Origin: Fimbriosthenelais zetlandica
Taxonomy: Eukaryota
NCBI GenBank assembly: GCA_977030845.1
Contig: OZ365115.1
Span: 13,826,001 to 13,890,000, forward strand
Reading direction: 5' to 3'
Length of the DNA: 64,000 bases
Position 1 is the first letter of the stretch. Each line of letters begins with the position of its first letter. Below, one piece after another: positions 1 through 27,000 of the stretch. The notes beneath the pieces were generated by a model. It saw nothing but the letters and a program-made list of their open reading frames with translations, was not told the DNA's origin and did not search any database. Position numbers and translations under genes: made by a program.

Positions 1-431
1 GTGGTGTACCAGCAATCATTGGTGTACCTCTCTCTCACTATGATCGGACAATGTGAGGTGCCAGGCCTGTAGCGGACACCCTACTGCCGCGTTCTGGCAT
101 TCCTCCAAGCTCAATGGTGCCAAGGTAGGATCATTCTCTCCCTCCCTCTCCCTCTGTCTGCGAAATTTGGGAGCACCTTCAATCAGTGTTGAGGGGAGGG
201 GGAAGGGAGAGGGAGGGAGGAATTAAGGGAATATTGATATACTATTGTCTATACCTGGCACAGGACAGTTCTTAGCACAATGGAGGAAATGTTCTAAATA
301 TTAGCGGAGATTTCTAAGGTAGGAACGAATAGGAGAGATTATGATCTGGCAAGCCTCGAGATCCAACTATGGTGGAACCCTGCTGGTTATATTAGTGAGG
401 TTAGTAGGAAACGAACATGGGATTTACATAT

Positions 432-650
432 TGATACATGAGGGGGGGGGGGGGGAGAGAATGAATGAGTGAGTGAGGGAGGGAGGGAGGCAGTGAGTGA
501 GGAGAGAGGGAGGGAGTGAGTGGGTGAAGGAGGGAGGGAGGGAGTGAGTGGGTGAAGGAGGGAGGGAGGGAGTGTGTGTGTGTGGGTGAGTGAGTGAGTG
601 AGTGAGTGAGGGAGGGAGGGAGGGGGTGGTGTGAGTGGGCAGGTGGGTGG
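432..650. repeat. GA-rich low-complexity / (GAGG)n-(GAGT)n microsatellite tract
   Basis: Runs of gagg, gagt and gt units are visible directly in the sequence. Confidence 0.85.
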
Positions 651-2994
651 GTATGTTAATTTACTTTATTCCCCTGTGTTTTGTGAATCAATGCGGGTTT
701 GACATTTACATGTCCCTGGGCACGCTGTGTACACGAATCAAAGGCCAGACACTTTTCTCGGGAGTAGTTCATCAACCTAACACATCACCAGTATGACTAT
801 GACAGTCTATGGTCAAATCAATGTTAAAATATAAAAATATACCCAATGAGGGAAAATCTACATAGATCTAGACTAGTTAATTAGATCTATATATCTTTAG
901 GATTTTTATCTTTTTATGGCCTAGGCCAGCCTACAAGCATTATAGGCCTACCGCAGTACCGGTGTTATATCATCTCCTGGCAATTTTCTGGATTCTGAGC
1001 AACTCTGACATTCTACTTATTTTCAATTCTAGTAAAAACTGAGAAAGGAAATTCAAAACATTTGACATTTTAATGACAGGACTTGTCAGGAGGCAGCTCC
1101 GAGACGATATCCGACCCGCCCACTCTGTGGCTAGCCTAGGCCATGGCTAGGCCTATAGCCTAGGCTAGGCCTAGCGTAGCCTATATGATCGGCCCCTTCT
1201 AGGGTTACACAGGCTCCACCCAGCGTTGGAATAGGGATGGATACTCTATCTAGGCCTAGCGGATAGGCCTACCTACCACATATCATGATAGTACCACAGA
1301 GAATTCCTTAATTTAAATGTCTTAATTTAGATATTAGAACAAATGAGGTAACACAAAGGCAAATGACTGCGAATGGTAAAGTTTTGAGTCTGTTACGGAA
1401 ATTGTTCAAGACGGAATCAATGAAGTGTGACCACACTGCCACTGGCAGTGGCAACTTGTCCGTGGAGACGAGCGGCGAACAGCTCATGAACTCGCCCACT
1501 TGTTTACAGTTTACTCCTCACCTGCCCCGCACTCCAACACAAGCCCACAAACTGCCTCAACCTTCTCGTGTCTGTGAAAACTCACGTTTGACCTCTAAAT
1601 AGTAAGTTTATCGTAAGTTTAACCTACCTGTGGATGTTGTAGTTGGGTGGTTTGGTACCACCACGATGCCCACAGAATCCTCCGGTGACACTCGACTGTC
1701 GTCTGCACGTGAAACTTCAAACTTTTTCATTTTCACTGATCTCCTCGCAAATATCCAAATCCTGCCCTCACTGGGAGGATGCTGGCGATGTTTATGGCGT
1801 GTGGAGTTCTAGGGGTAGTATGTATTTGGTAGATTTCAGCCTGATTCCTCGTGCTACTCACTACTCATCGCTCACGCTCGCCCTACTTTCTTTTTCCAAC
1901 TTTCCCACATTGTTGTATCCCTCCGCACCGCCCGCGGTTGTGTTCGTAACACCTACGCTTAGATTAAAAAAGGTCCTTAATATCTATTTTCATTTTGGTC
2001 TTATTTTTTCCCAACAATTTGGTATTTGAATAAAATATCCTGGTTATGTTTAATTCCTACCTTCAGAAGTTTTCAAAAGTTTCTTGCATGAAAACTAGTG
2101 TTTGCACAAATTCAGGCAACATGGTAAAGATAAAAGTAGCCTAATTTTGTTGATAACAAAACAACATGATTTTTAAAAGTAGATCTATTAATGTGAATCG
2201 GAAGGAAATTGCTGTTTTTGAAAGTTTTATTCTAAGGTTAAATAGGACAAGTTTTGTACCTTTAGTGAGCGAAAAACTCCCCAGTGTAAGCAGAAATTGT
2301 CTTGGCCGAAATGAACCACATGTAGTTCTGTCCCACACGGATAATGTCAATAACGGTTTCTTGTGATTCATGAAAGTTCATGAATGCCATAATGAGGAAA
2401 ATTAGCTAGCAAGGAATCTTGTCAAGATTACACAGTGATTAGAAATGGACCTCCATCAGGGATTGCACCTGTGGCCTATGCCATCTATAGGCCTAGGCCC
2501 TACCACAGATAAAGTTGAATAAAATTAGGCTACGGTAGCTAGCCTACCCGGTAGGCCCCTACATGTAGGCCTAGGCCTATAGGTTATAAGCAGGACTTCC
2601 CTGACAATAAATGAGCTAGAAACTTAAAAAATGTGTTTTTTCCATAGGTAACGTTAGGCCTATTATAGGCCTAAATTTAGGGGCTCGTGGCCAGGTCCAT
2701 CACCTAGGCCTATAGGGCTTAGCCTAGAAGCCTTTGTCCATAATAAAGGTCCCAATTTTACATAAATTTATAAAAAAAATTAGGCCTAGGACAAATAGGC
2801 CTGGGCCTAAGCCAACATTTAACCATAATCGCACTTCTAAAGCCAAAGCCAAAGGCCTAAACCGCAGGAACTTCTGGCAACTTGCCCACCAGCAAAGCGC
2901 GTCCCCCGACTGCCACCTGGTGAGAAAAGCTGGAAGTAAAACACGAGCTTTGGTGCCCTGAGGGCACCAAGTGGCGCGTCCAGCGTCCCGTGCA

Positions 2995-3042
2995 CCGGAA
3001 GTAGGCGCGGTGCATTGTCGGTACCGGAAGACAACAGCCGCC

Positions 3043-3045
<3 letters not shown>
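2995..3045 (+). promoter_or_regulatory. CTR9 proximal promoter/5'UTR with ETS and YY1-like motifs
   Basis: CCGGAAGT at 2995-3002, CCGGAAG at 3024-3030 and CCGCCATG at 3038-3045 overlapping the start codon, in a locally CpG-rich patch. This arrangement is typical of housekeeping promoters. Confidence 0.5.
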
Positions 3046-14151
<11,106 letters not shown>

Positions 14152-14727
14152 GGTGTGGGTGGAGGTAAAAGGTGGTAGACAGGGGTTAATTATAAAGTAT
14201 AAACCATTTATTTCATGTCTAAAGTATCTCTCAATCTAGCACAGCACACTAATGCTGCTAGAACTGTATTTACATACAAACCATGTATAATGTGGGCCTG
14301 CTATGCGTCTATTGTACCTTTTTAATAGCAATCTTTTTGACAGATTCAGAACTCGTGTTTCCATATTTCTGTCAAGAAGAATCCCGGTAAAGAAAACTTA
14401 AGTTTCCCTTTGTTAGCTTGGATACCATGATTTGATATATTTACTTCCTCCCCAGTGTGGTTGTATGTAGGCTGAACCTTTATGACTTATTGACAAAACT
14501 CCTTTAAAGGATTAAATTAATTTTAATCATTTCCCATGAGTTTGAGCAGCAGGGTTGGACTCTACAACTGTGAAAAATATTTATGTACATAGAAAAAAAA
14601 ACCGTCACGGATTAGCTTCATCATTGGATTTTGAATGCATCAACAAGATATCTGTAAACCATTTTTTGAAATAAATTTAAGTTTAAGATTCTTTTCTATA
14701 TAAGTATATGATTGTTATAATCCTCGG

Positions 14728-14865
14728 CGCGGATTTAGACTGGATTTGGGGGATTAGTGATATCTGGGCGCGGATTTAAACTGTATTAGTGATATCTGGG
14801 AGTGGATTAGTGATATCTGGGCGCGGATTAGTGATATATCTGTGAGGTTTAGTGATATCTGGGCA
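14728..14865 (-). repeat. Degenerate tandem copies of the neuropeptide gene's last codons and stop (cccagatatcactaa), about 5 copies
   Basis: The plus-strand motif tagtgatatctggg recurs near 14756, 14786, 14808, 14829 and 14850. Confidence 0.8.
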
Positions 14866-16161
14866 GTTTTTTGTTATTAAATCCGCCTGTTTTGCTGCCG
14901 TAGAGTTGACTGCTCCCGGCTGCAGCCATCACAGCGCGGGCTAAGCTCCGGTCATCTTGTTGTGAGGACGGGAACTTGGGTCGGCGCACCCGCTTCTCAG
15001 TCAGCAGGGCCGGGTCACTTATATAGGGTGCTGGGTTCACATCTGGTGCGGCATCAGCAGACATGGACTCAAGCTGTGCCATGGTCCTGGAGAATAAACA
15101 AGGCCAATGTGTTATGTTCAAAATACTGATGGAATATTAGAGATGGAATCCTTAAATAGTTGTATGCGTCTTAATCATATCATTGGAGTATTTCTGTAAG
15201 TATTGAACAAGTATTTTTCCTGGACATATCCTAGTCTAGACTGAGCCTTGATTATTCTCAACATTAGGTAGATTATTATTTATTCCTTTAAAGACTTGTA
15301 TCTCTCCTGATTTGGATATGAAATGAGACTGTGTTTCATGGACATCTTGTCTACAAAAATGTGGCTTATTCTAGTGGTCAATATGCCATTAGACTACATT
15401 TAATTACGTCTTCCTTTGCAGGTTCATTACTGTTTAAGTGTCAAATAACTTAACCATAAGTCCTATCATTGTATACTGTCCCCTCCTGCCCGACCCTGGC
15501 CCATCATCTAACCAGGACCTACTAATTACATTCTTCATGGTAGATTAATCCGAGATTAATGAAGTGATTACCGTTTTCGGATGTCATTGGTAGGGTGTAG
15601 ACCTCGCTTGATGAAGTGTAGAGAGCTGGTAGGTACAGAGTGAAGGATGGGGAATCTACCACTGTAGAAGTTAGGATACCTTTTACCACCGGATACCATG
15701 TGTAATAACGGGTAGAAGTAGGCCGCATGGGACGCCCTTTTCTCGTTACTATTGGCGACGCGTTCTGTCTGAGAATCTGTCGTCTGCTCGAGGTCTACGC
15801 TACGCTCCGCCCCTCTCTCTCCCTTCACTCGCTGTATAAATTCATTCCAGTTTCTTTTTCCGAGAAATTGATGTAAAATGGGCCTCTGAGACTCAATATC
15901 TTCCGGGTTTTGGTGGATATTTTGATGTAAAATAGGGAACTGCTGAGAGCCTGCCCAGAGAGCGCGTTTCACCGCCTCTGGTAGTGGATCTTGGTGGTTG
16001 GTTCTCAGTAAGGATTTCTCGGGCGTTGATAGTGCGTCTCTGGTGAGGTATTGTGAAGGGAGGTATGAGCTCGGCGTGTCGATGTAAAAGGCGGGAAGCT
16101 GAGGGACGAGTTGTAATGTGAGAAGGTGGAGGAGCAGGAGCCTGGGACATAGACTGGTCAT
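14849..16161 (-). CDS. Neuropeptide/prohormone precursor of about 275 aa, family not recognised; two coding exons (16161-15572, 15086-14849)
   Basis: The ATG directly follows an acceptor (ttacag|ATG). There is a hydrophobic N-terminal signal (MTSLCPRLLLLHLLTLQLVPQLPA), seven KR/RKR sites, two G-KR amidation sites and four P-[IL]-L-H motifs. Donor cg|gtaatc (15572/15571) and acceptor ctccag|g (15087/15086) are both phase 2 and join in frame. Confidence 0.8.
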
Positions 16162-18943
16162 CTGTAACAAATAGTATAAACAATAAATATAATCTAATAT
16201 AAAACAATATAATAAATACATAACAATGTAAATAAATCTATCTAGGGTTATTTATACTACATAGTTTGCTATTAAAGCCTTTTCATGCCCCAGTTAATTT
16301 TTCGGGGCCACTAGGCTGGACCCCCGCCCTTATACTCCGAGATCCCCCCCCCCCCCCCCCCCACACACACACACCCCACTTCCAAAATCAAGGTTTCTTC
16401 TCCCTATTGGTGTAGGGTTCTTTCCTACATCATTGCCACATACATGTACCATAGTAGATTAATATATACCACTATTCACAGATATTCATTGTAGAACTTG
16501 GTCATGTCTACATACAGATTATTACCATATGTTTGTAGATATCACATTGCTGGTAAATTATATCATATTTGCTGAACAGCAGTTCCTCTTTATACACCTG
16601 AGAGGCACAATGTTAGTTTTCTGGCAGTTATCTTATTTTTACATCCAAGCAAGTCGCATTTTCCATGACAATTACAGAAAATGTCTACTCTCATTCCCAA
16701 TAAATGAGATGGAGGAAAACTGCAGCGAGAAGTAAAACCTCTAAAATTATCACAATTATAACATATTTATGCCTATTATCGGATAATGGGCGGCTTGTTA
16801 GGCTATATTGGGAAATTTCTGGTGAAAATGTGGAATTTGTGAATTGAATGCTGAGTCAGCATTTACGTGATAGTGAAGGCATCGTGTTTCAACAGAGCAA
16901 CGTGAGCCATGAGCTGTGGGCATGAATTTACTTCTTTGGGGGTTGTGCCTAGCGTTGGCATGTTTTGCCCGCCTCCGGTTTAAAACCCTGGTTAATATTT
17001 GCCAAGATAACCCATAGACCATACACTAGTTTATTAAAATTTCGGATATGTGGTTGGGAAGTATTAAAATTCCCAGTATTGTGGATGCTTGCTTTGACAT
17101 TAACATTAAAATTTTCTCATATTGCGGTCGATCTATTGAAGTAGTAATTCAATATACCTATTGGAGAAGGTCTGTAGGCCGTATAAATTTATAGAAAGTC
17201 GGGCATTGTTAAATTGGCTTGGCTTTCAGCGTGAAGAAGAATAGGAGCTTGACAATCATGAGAGAGACTATTGATCTTTCTACTTTCAATACTCGGGTAA
17301 TACATATATATATTCATTTTTTAAGCGCTGATTTGTATTTAGGCCTAGGCTTAGGCTTAATTTACCTTTCTGCCTGGTATTAGAACATGTTTCAATTATG
17401 TAATCAACTATAGGCCCTTTAAACAGGTGGTTGGGTGGAGTTGAGGGGACAGTCCGACACACAACCCCCCCCCCCCCCCCCCCCCACCCACCCACCCACC
17501 CACCGACCCCGCCCCCTACACCCAAAAAAAATCAAATAAAAATGTGATAATGCAGCCTACAGGCCTACACCAACATTAGCGTTAATGTTCATTAATGTTC
17601 ATGCCTGTACATCCAGTAGTACCTTCATCTACCATTAAGGGCGGTGACGGGGCCGGTACATTACTGTAATGTATAGAGAGATCGGGCTTTTACGACACAA
17701 TGGTATGTACATGTAAATGGTGGAACAAGGCTGAGCCATACTTATCATGTCTCCTACCCGCCCACTACATTACAACCGAACTCTTTTATAGCCTATATAT
17801 TTTTTCTCTCTATTTCTGGACATCATAGGTACAACACCAAGGTACATATTATACGTATGAACTGATGTAAAGTTTCCCACGTTATCGTTTCTTTAAAGGT
17901 GAATTTGCTTCAAAATCTTTTGTATTGCTCAAATAATGTTTGGAGTCCCCCACACCTAACCCCCGGCCACCAGAAAAATAGCAATTGTCCCGGCATACGT
18001 GGATAGAAAATGAATTTGCCAGGTTTTGATCTGATTATTTTTCGCCACCTGTTCCACTAATTAATTTTTGGCCTGTGATGTAAGAGACGGTGATTAATTG
18101 TACATGATACGACCCCTCCTCTAATCAATGACTCCCCGTGAGACCATTCATACCATGCAATCCAACACTGGTGGATTCAGCTTCACTCTCCCCCACTACC
18201 CGCCTACACTCTCACACATTCCACCCTCACTTGATAAAGAAACATGTTCCACTATTCAGCTATTTATATCTTCATTATGTTCTCTCACATTAACTCCCGC
18301 CGTCACACACGGAACGCGTGAATCCATTCTAGAAGGTTCCCTCAATCTTAACAGCTTTAACTTGGGGGCACATTGGTCCGATTTTCCAATCCGTCGCCAC
18401 CCGAATCTCCATTTCTACATCCTCCCGACAGCAGGGCATCTTTCCAGTGTGTAGTTCTGGACCTGCTAGAGGAGGATGCATTTCTAATGACATCTGATGA
18501 TTGAAATTGAGTATAGGGTAATGGACTGTTCAAATTACAAGCGTTGAGTGTGAACAGAAATATTGAATCTGACAGCTCCATATAGGATGAGAATCGGATT
18601 AGTGTGTGGGCAGCTTTTGAAAGAGCACACACAATGTGGTATTCTCTCGGCTATTCTATTCATAGGATCCACTGTGCGTATATCTATAATAAGAACGTCA
18701 ATTTGATTGAATTTTGATTAACAGATGCCTATTGCATAAGTAACGAAAAGCTAATGACAATGTTATATGCCCCAGGTAGGGCAGGATGGACTGATTAAAA
18801 CTAAAAATATTCCCAAAGAATTTGTTCAAGCAATAGTGTGAAGTATAAGAATAGTAACTTTCACTCCTCACCCACTCTTAGAGTTAGTTTTAGATTTCAT
18901 TTACTTCTATTCCCCTGATATTCTAGGCATATAATATTAAAAG

Positions 18944-19874
18944 CAGGGTTGTTAATCTATTACTATTACTAATAGTAATAGTAATAGTAACGCAGCGTTT
19001 TTGGAGTAATAGTAATAGTAATAGTAATAGGCTAGCCTCAAACCGGAAGTAATAGTAATAGTAGTAGTAATAGGCTATCCCAAAATCGGAAGTAATAGTA
19101 ATAGTAGTAGTAATAGGCAAATATTTTCGCCAGTAATAGTCTACTACTGACTATTACTCGACTATTACTTGACATTGTTTTCAATGCACTGGGTCCACAA
19201 TAGGTATGAGTTAAAAATCCCCCTTTAAACAATCAGACTTGGACCTGGACATCAAAGTGGGTTGGTCAACTGAATGACCATCGGCCGTCTGTTGGTTCAG
19301 TGGTTAGGCATCCTGGTAGGCGACATGACACCTATGTTGAGGTGGGGAGGGTGGGTAGGCCTTCATATAGCCACACTAGTCCTTCTATTGTCTCCTCTGT
19401 CGCGCCAGGCGGGGAAATGGCTTCAAAGGAGGTATCTTTACTGGAGTTTTAGCTTTACTGTTCAATTATTTTATTCATCTTTGTTGTGACTTTTTATGGA
19501 CAAAACATCTCTTTAAATCATTGTCCATATTTGTATCGCAAAGGTTTAAAGAAACATGTCTATGGTGTTGCTAATATTAAGAGTAATATGTTCATTTTTT
19601 GCAAGTAATAGTATGGTACTAGTCATTATCACACGAGTAATATGGAGAGTAATAGGTTCATCATTTTTTAGAGTAATAGTAATAGTAATAGTCAGTATCA
19701 CACGAGTAATAGTAATAGTAATAGGGTCGTCAGTAATAGCCAGTAATAGTAATAGTAATAGGGTCGTCATTTTTTGCGAGTAATAGTAATAGTAATAGTA
19801 ATAGGATCGAGATATTTTCACAGTAATAGTAATAGTAATAGTAATAGGTACAGAGTAATAGATTAACAACCCTG
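18944..19874. mobile_element. Non-autonomous DNA transposon (MITE) with 21-bp terminal inverted repeats and internal (AGTAAT)n arrays
   Basis: cagggttgttaatctattact (18944-18964) is the exact reverse complement of agtaatagattaacaaccctg (19854-19874). CAGGG ends recall hAT elements, but no clean 8-bp TSD was found. Confidence 0.7.
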
Positions 19875-20259
19875 AAATTTAAAAGTTACTTGACAAACTG
19901 TTTCAAAACGAATAGGCCTATTAGCAATATATCATAAGCTTTGCTAATATTCCTTTTTATAAAGTATGAACAATTAATCCCCAAGACTAACACCAGCACA
20001 CATTCACACTTAGTAATGATTGGGAAAATAAAATAATACTCATATCAGTTACTAATATCTGACCAAGTTCAAAACTTTCACCAATAAAATAAAGACATAA
20101 ATATTAAGGACAAAGCAGTGATGTGGACAGATCTCGGGCCTACCTTTTTATGTGGAGAAGTGTAGGTTTGTAAAGGCGAGCAGGACTGATGGTGAGAGGA
20201 GTGTGTGAAAGACTGAATGAGCAACTCAACGTCAAACAGCTACATATAGCTCCTCCCTC

Positions 20260-21130
20260 CTCCAACCCTCCCTCCCTCGCCACCCCCCATCCCACCCTAA
20301 CCCTCCCTCCCCCACTAACACTCCAACCCTTACCAACTCTCCCTCCCTCCCCCATCACCAACGTACCCTCCCCACCACCCTTCCCCATCACCACCCTATC
20401 CCACTCTCTTCTCCCTCTCCCTACCCCCACCCCCATAGATCTGCCCTACCCCCCCCCCCCCCTCAACTCACTCTATGAGGCATGTCACAAGTAAAGTACA
20501 CGTAAGGAGTAGATCACCAGGTGGACGAGTGGCTCTCAGTCAGAGAGAGCTGGTAAGAGACGGAGAGTCAAAGATAGAGAGAGATCAGAGTGACTGAGAG
20601 GCAGAGATGGAGAGGGAGTTAATCAGTGAGAGCTAGAGAGGGATGCGAGCGAGTGAGAAATAGAGAGTCAAAGATAGAGAGTGACTCTGAGTGACTGAGA
20701 GGCAGAGATGGAGAGGGAGTGAGTGGAAGGGATGGAATGAGAGGCAGTGAGAGATAGAGTGACTGAGAGATGGAGAGAGGGAGTTAAAGACAGAAAGATA
20801 TAGGTAGAGAGAGTGAGAAGAGAGAGACAGAGGCCAAGGGGAAGTGAGATGCAGACACCTATAGGGAATGAGAAGCAGACAGAGGGAGTGAGAGGCAGAC
20901 AAGAGAGAGAGGCACGGAGCCAGAGGGAGTGAGTTAGAAGGAGGGAGTGAGAGGCAGTTAGAGTTAGAGGGAGAGGTATAGATGGAGGGAGTGAGTGTTA
21001 GAGGCAGGGAGTGAGAGTTAGAGGCAGAGAGTGAGAGTCAGAGGCAGGGAGTGATAATTAGAGGGAAGCAGTGGGAGTTAGAGGGAGGGAGTGAGAGGTA
21101 GAGAGAGGGAGTGAGAGGTAAAGAGAGGAG
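20260..21130. repeat. C-rich then GA-rich low-complexity tracts
   Basis: ccctcc runs at 20260-20465 and gaga/gagt/gagg runs at 20540-21130. Confidence 0.8.
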
Positions 21131-22378
21131 TTGACGGTGGTGGTCCGACCATTAGTAAAGTTGTCATTAGTTCATCTCAGGAACTGAAGGAGTTGGGGGC
21201 TGATGGGGGGCGGGCGGGGTGGCGGGGAGCGGAGTTTGCTGAGATCAGCGACATTTCACACCAAATCAAACCCCAGTAACGACCTGCATGTCCGCTAGAG
21301 GCCGACCACTAAAACAATTAATGACAATCTCAGCTTCAGTAATCACACATAATGACAATTACCATCTTCATCTGGTCGCCAATCACACACTCACCCCACT
21401 AACGCCTGCAACCTTGCAGCTTTTCTTCCCACCTCAACACTTCTACTTATCAATACAGTTGGGCCAATAACAATAAAATTAGAAGAAAATACTTTTTCAA
21501 GTGCATCTTGGGCCAGGAAATTACTCCCATCCCTACATTATAACTCTAAAGGAATCTAAACTATCTCGGATCGTTTTATTTCTATAATTACTGAGGATAC
21601 TATGTTCATTTATTTATATTTGTTGGAGAAATTATTTTAAAATTTGCAAACGTAAAGGCACCCATTATGTTCGAAATTTCTTAACAAATATTATAGTAGA
21701 TAGTGACATATTAATATAGACATATTAAGACATATTAATATAGACATATTAATTTTAATGAAGACATATTAATTTTAATATGATATCAAATTATTTTTTA
21801 TGGATAGTTATTTTAATTAAAACATGACCAAGTCACCATTGGCATTAAAATTAGGGATGGGAAGGGTATCAAGTTGCTATAGTTGATTAGGTATTGGTTA
21901 CTTCTAAGAAAAAAAATAAAAGAACCAAAGACTTGCGCAAGTCTAATATTGAGTCCGAAAGCAGCCCCGAAACAAAACGAAACCAGGTCATGAGCTGGAA
22001 ACAGGTGCTGCCCCCGAAACAAAACGAAACCAGGTCATGACCTGGAAACTTAGGTCATGACATATCTAAAATTAGACACTCGAAATCTGGGTCATGCAGT
22101 GTAGATATGGTTGTAAGACCAGCTCCAAGCAGGGATCCTGCGTGGCCGAATGGGTTGGACATCCAGACTGTCGCGTAAAGTACCTCGGAGTGGCAGGAGT
22201 GCCAGAGTTGAGGGATCGCGTCTCGGCCTCCTCGCTGTCGGGGTTGGGCTTGTAACTCCGGATACCGGAAAAGCCTCGCCAGTCTACCACTGTATGTAGA
22301 TATAAGACACTCCCAGGTATACAGACGAAAGTCGGGATCCCATTTTATCAAAATTTTGTAAAATTGAACTTCGCCATT

Positions 22379-22718
22379 GATTGATTGATTGATTGAATGG
22401 GGTTTAACGTCACTTTTGAACAATTTTTCAGTTATATCATGACGGTGCCTACTTGTGACAGTGAGCCCAATGCTCTTTTATAGTGCTGCCTCACTGAGGT
22501 ATCATGTCGCAGGCACATGACATGACAGATATCTCACACAGTCACATTATACTGACACCGGGTTGACCAGTCCTAGTACTGTCCTCTTTTTGCTGAGTGC
22601 CAAGCGAGGGAGCCACTAGTCCCATTTTTTCAGTCTTTGGTATGACCCGGCCGCGGTTCGAACCAGCGACCTTCCACACACGGGGCGGACACTCTAACCA
22701 CTACACCACCGCGGTGGT
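22379..22718 (-). mobile_element. Full-length tRNA-derived SINE with 13-bp target-site duplication
   Basis: The minus strand begins accaccgcggtggtgtagtggttagagtg (A box)...ggttcgaaccgc (B box), followed by a central gggtcataccaaagactg... core and a (TCAA)n tail. The direct repeat gaacttcgccatt flanks it at 22366-22378 and 22719-22731. From memory the core resembles Meta-domain SINEs; this is unverified. Confidence 0.9.
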
Positions 22719-23145
22719 GAACTTCGCCATTTTTAGGTAAATTATTAGAGTTCATGAATAACATTATAAATACTGTTTTAAACCATTTCTACATTAATTT
22801 CAGGTTGATATAATTATAAATGTTTAAGTCCTAAAACTGAATTTTGTTAAAATGTGTTAACCCATTTTACCCAAAGAAATATACTTAAAAAAAAACATAT
22901 TACAGTAAAAGTATTAAAAACATTTATAAAAAAAAAAGAAAAAAAAGGTCCGGGACAGAACTTTAATTATATGTATTTACCTTTCCCTTACAAAGAGCTA
23001 GGAGTAATATCGCATGAAATATTTAAGTAATCCCAACAAATTGGAGAATTAATATCTCACACATTCAAGGAAGATTTAATCTTGTTTGAACAGTTTTAAT
23101 TAACATGAGTACAGGTATAGGGTAACATTGGTCGTACATCGTCTA

Positions 23146-26083
<2,938 letters not shown>

Positions 26084-26345
26084 GCTGACCCAAAATAATC
26101 TCTAAACCAAAACGTGTGGAAACACTTCTAGTTTTCAGAAAAATTGAGCTAATCAAAGCAGTCTAATCATGTAATGGTTAAGTTTCTCTTTATTTATTAT
26201 TATCTAATAGATTCGGATAAGAATCGTGCCCCTATTCTGTTTAAGCTAGTTTGTAAATATAAACGTTTTGAGGCTATAGCCACTGCCAAGTGTACACAAA
26301 GAAGGTGTGTGAGAGAGACGCAAGAATAATGTGAAATATCGGGGT
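26084..26345. promoter_or_regulatory. Probable bidirectional promoter shared by METTL1 and MFSD5
   Basis: The start codons are head-to-head, 917 bp apart. MFSD5 has an acceptor at 26940 upstream of its ATG, implying a non-coding first exon near 26280-26343. The TSS positions are inferred. Confidence 0.5.
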
Positions 26346-27000
26346 AAATACTCATATTTTTATGTTTTCTTTATGATCTGTAGAATAATAGATGTTTTGT
26401 CTTGTCTCTGCATCAGCTGTCGTTGTCATTTTGTCTGTATTGTTTGAAATTTTGGACGAAATCAACTGATGTGCTTCAGTTGGTACTGAGCGATAATAGG
26501 TGTATTTGCCATTGAAATCCCCTGTGATTGTAGGCCTAGAGGGTCAGGGCCCACCACCACCCTTTCCAAAATCCTTGATTTTCCCAATATTGGATCAACT
26601 TTCTTATATTGTTTTATTGGTAAACATTAAGAAAATATCGTTATTCACTCGTTTGAAGATGAAACTACTGGTTATTGGCCAAATAATTAGTAATAATTAT
26701 AATTTTATAATATTGGGCATTTTCATTGTACCGGTACATGTATTTTCCGTAATATTGTGTATTTACATTGTTTTTTTTTTCATAACATTGAGTATGCCCA
26801 TTTTTTAATGATTTTCATTCTCGTAATATTGACTACTTCCATTTTTTCCTAATATTGAGTATTTCCATTGTATTTTTCTAATATTGAATATTTTCATTGT
26901 TTTCTTCCCGTAATATTTAGTATTTTCATTGTTTTTTCAGGTACCGTAATTAACAGGTGAGACGTAGATCAGGACGTTCAGTACATTTTACGGCGTCAGG

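Noticed and set aside
1-2030. GC-richer patches and ORFs at 1-160, 1308-1602 and 1628-1812 that might be exons of a neighbouring gene
   Set aside because: No recognisable protein, and I could not build a phase-consistent spliced model on either strand.
21180-21420. Cluster of TAAT/TGACA motifs suggesting a neuronal enhancer for the neuropeptide gene
   Set aside because: These short motifs are expected by chance in AT-rich DNA; conservation data are needed.
22055-22330. GC-rich segment with two overlapping open frames on the minus strand
   Set aside because: No recognisable domain, and the longer ORF starts inside the SINE tail. It could be an exon or a TE fragment but is unsupported.
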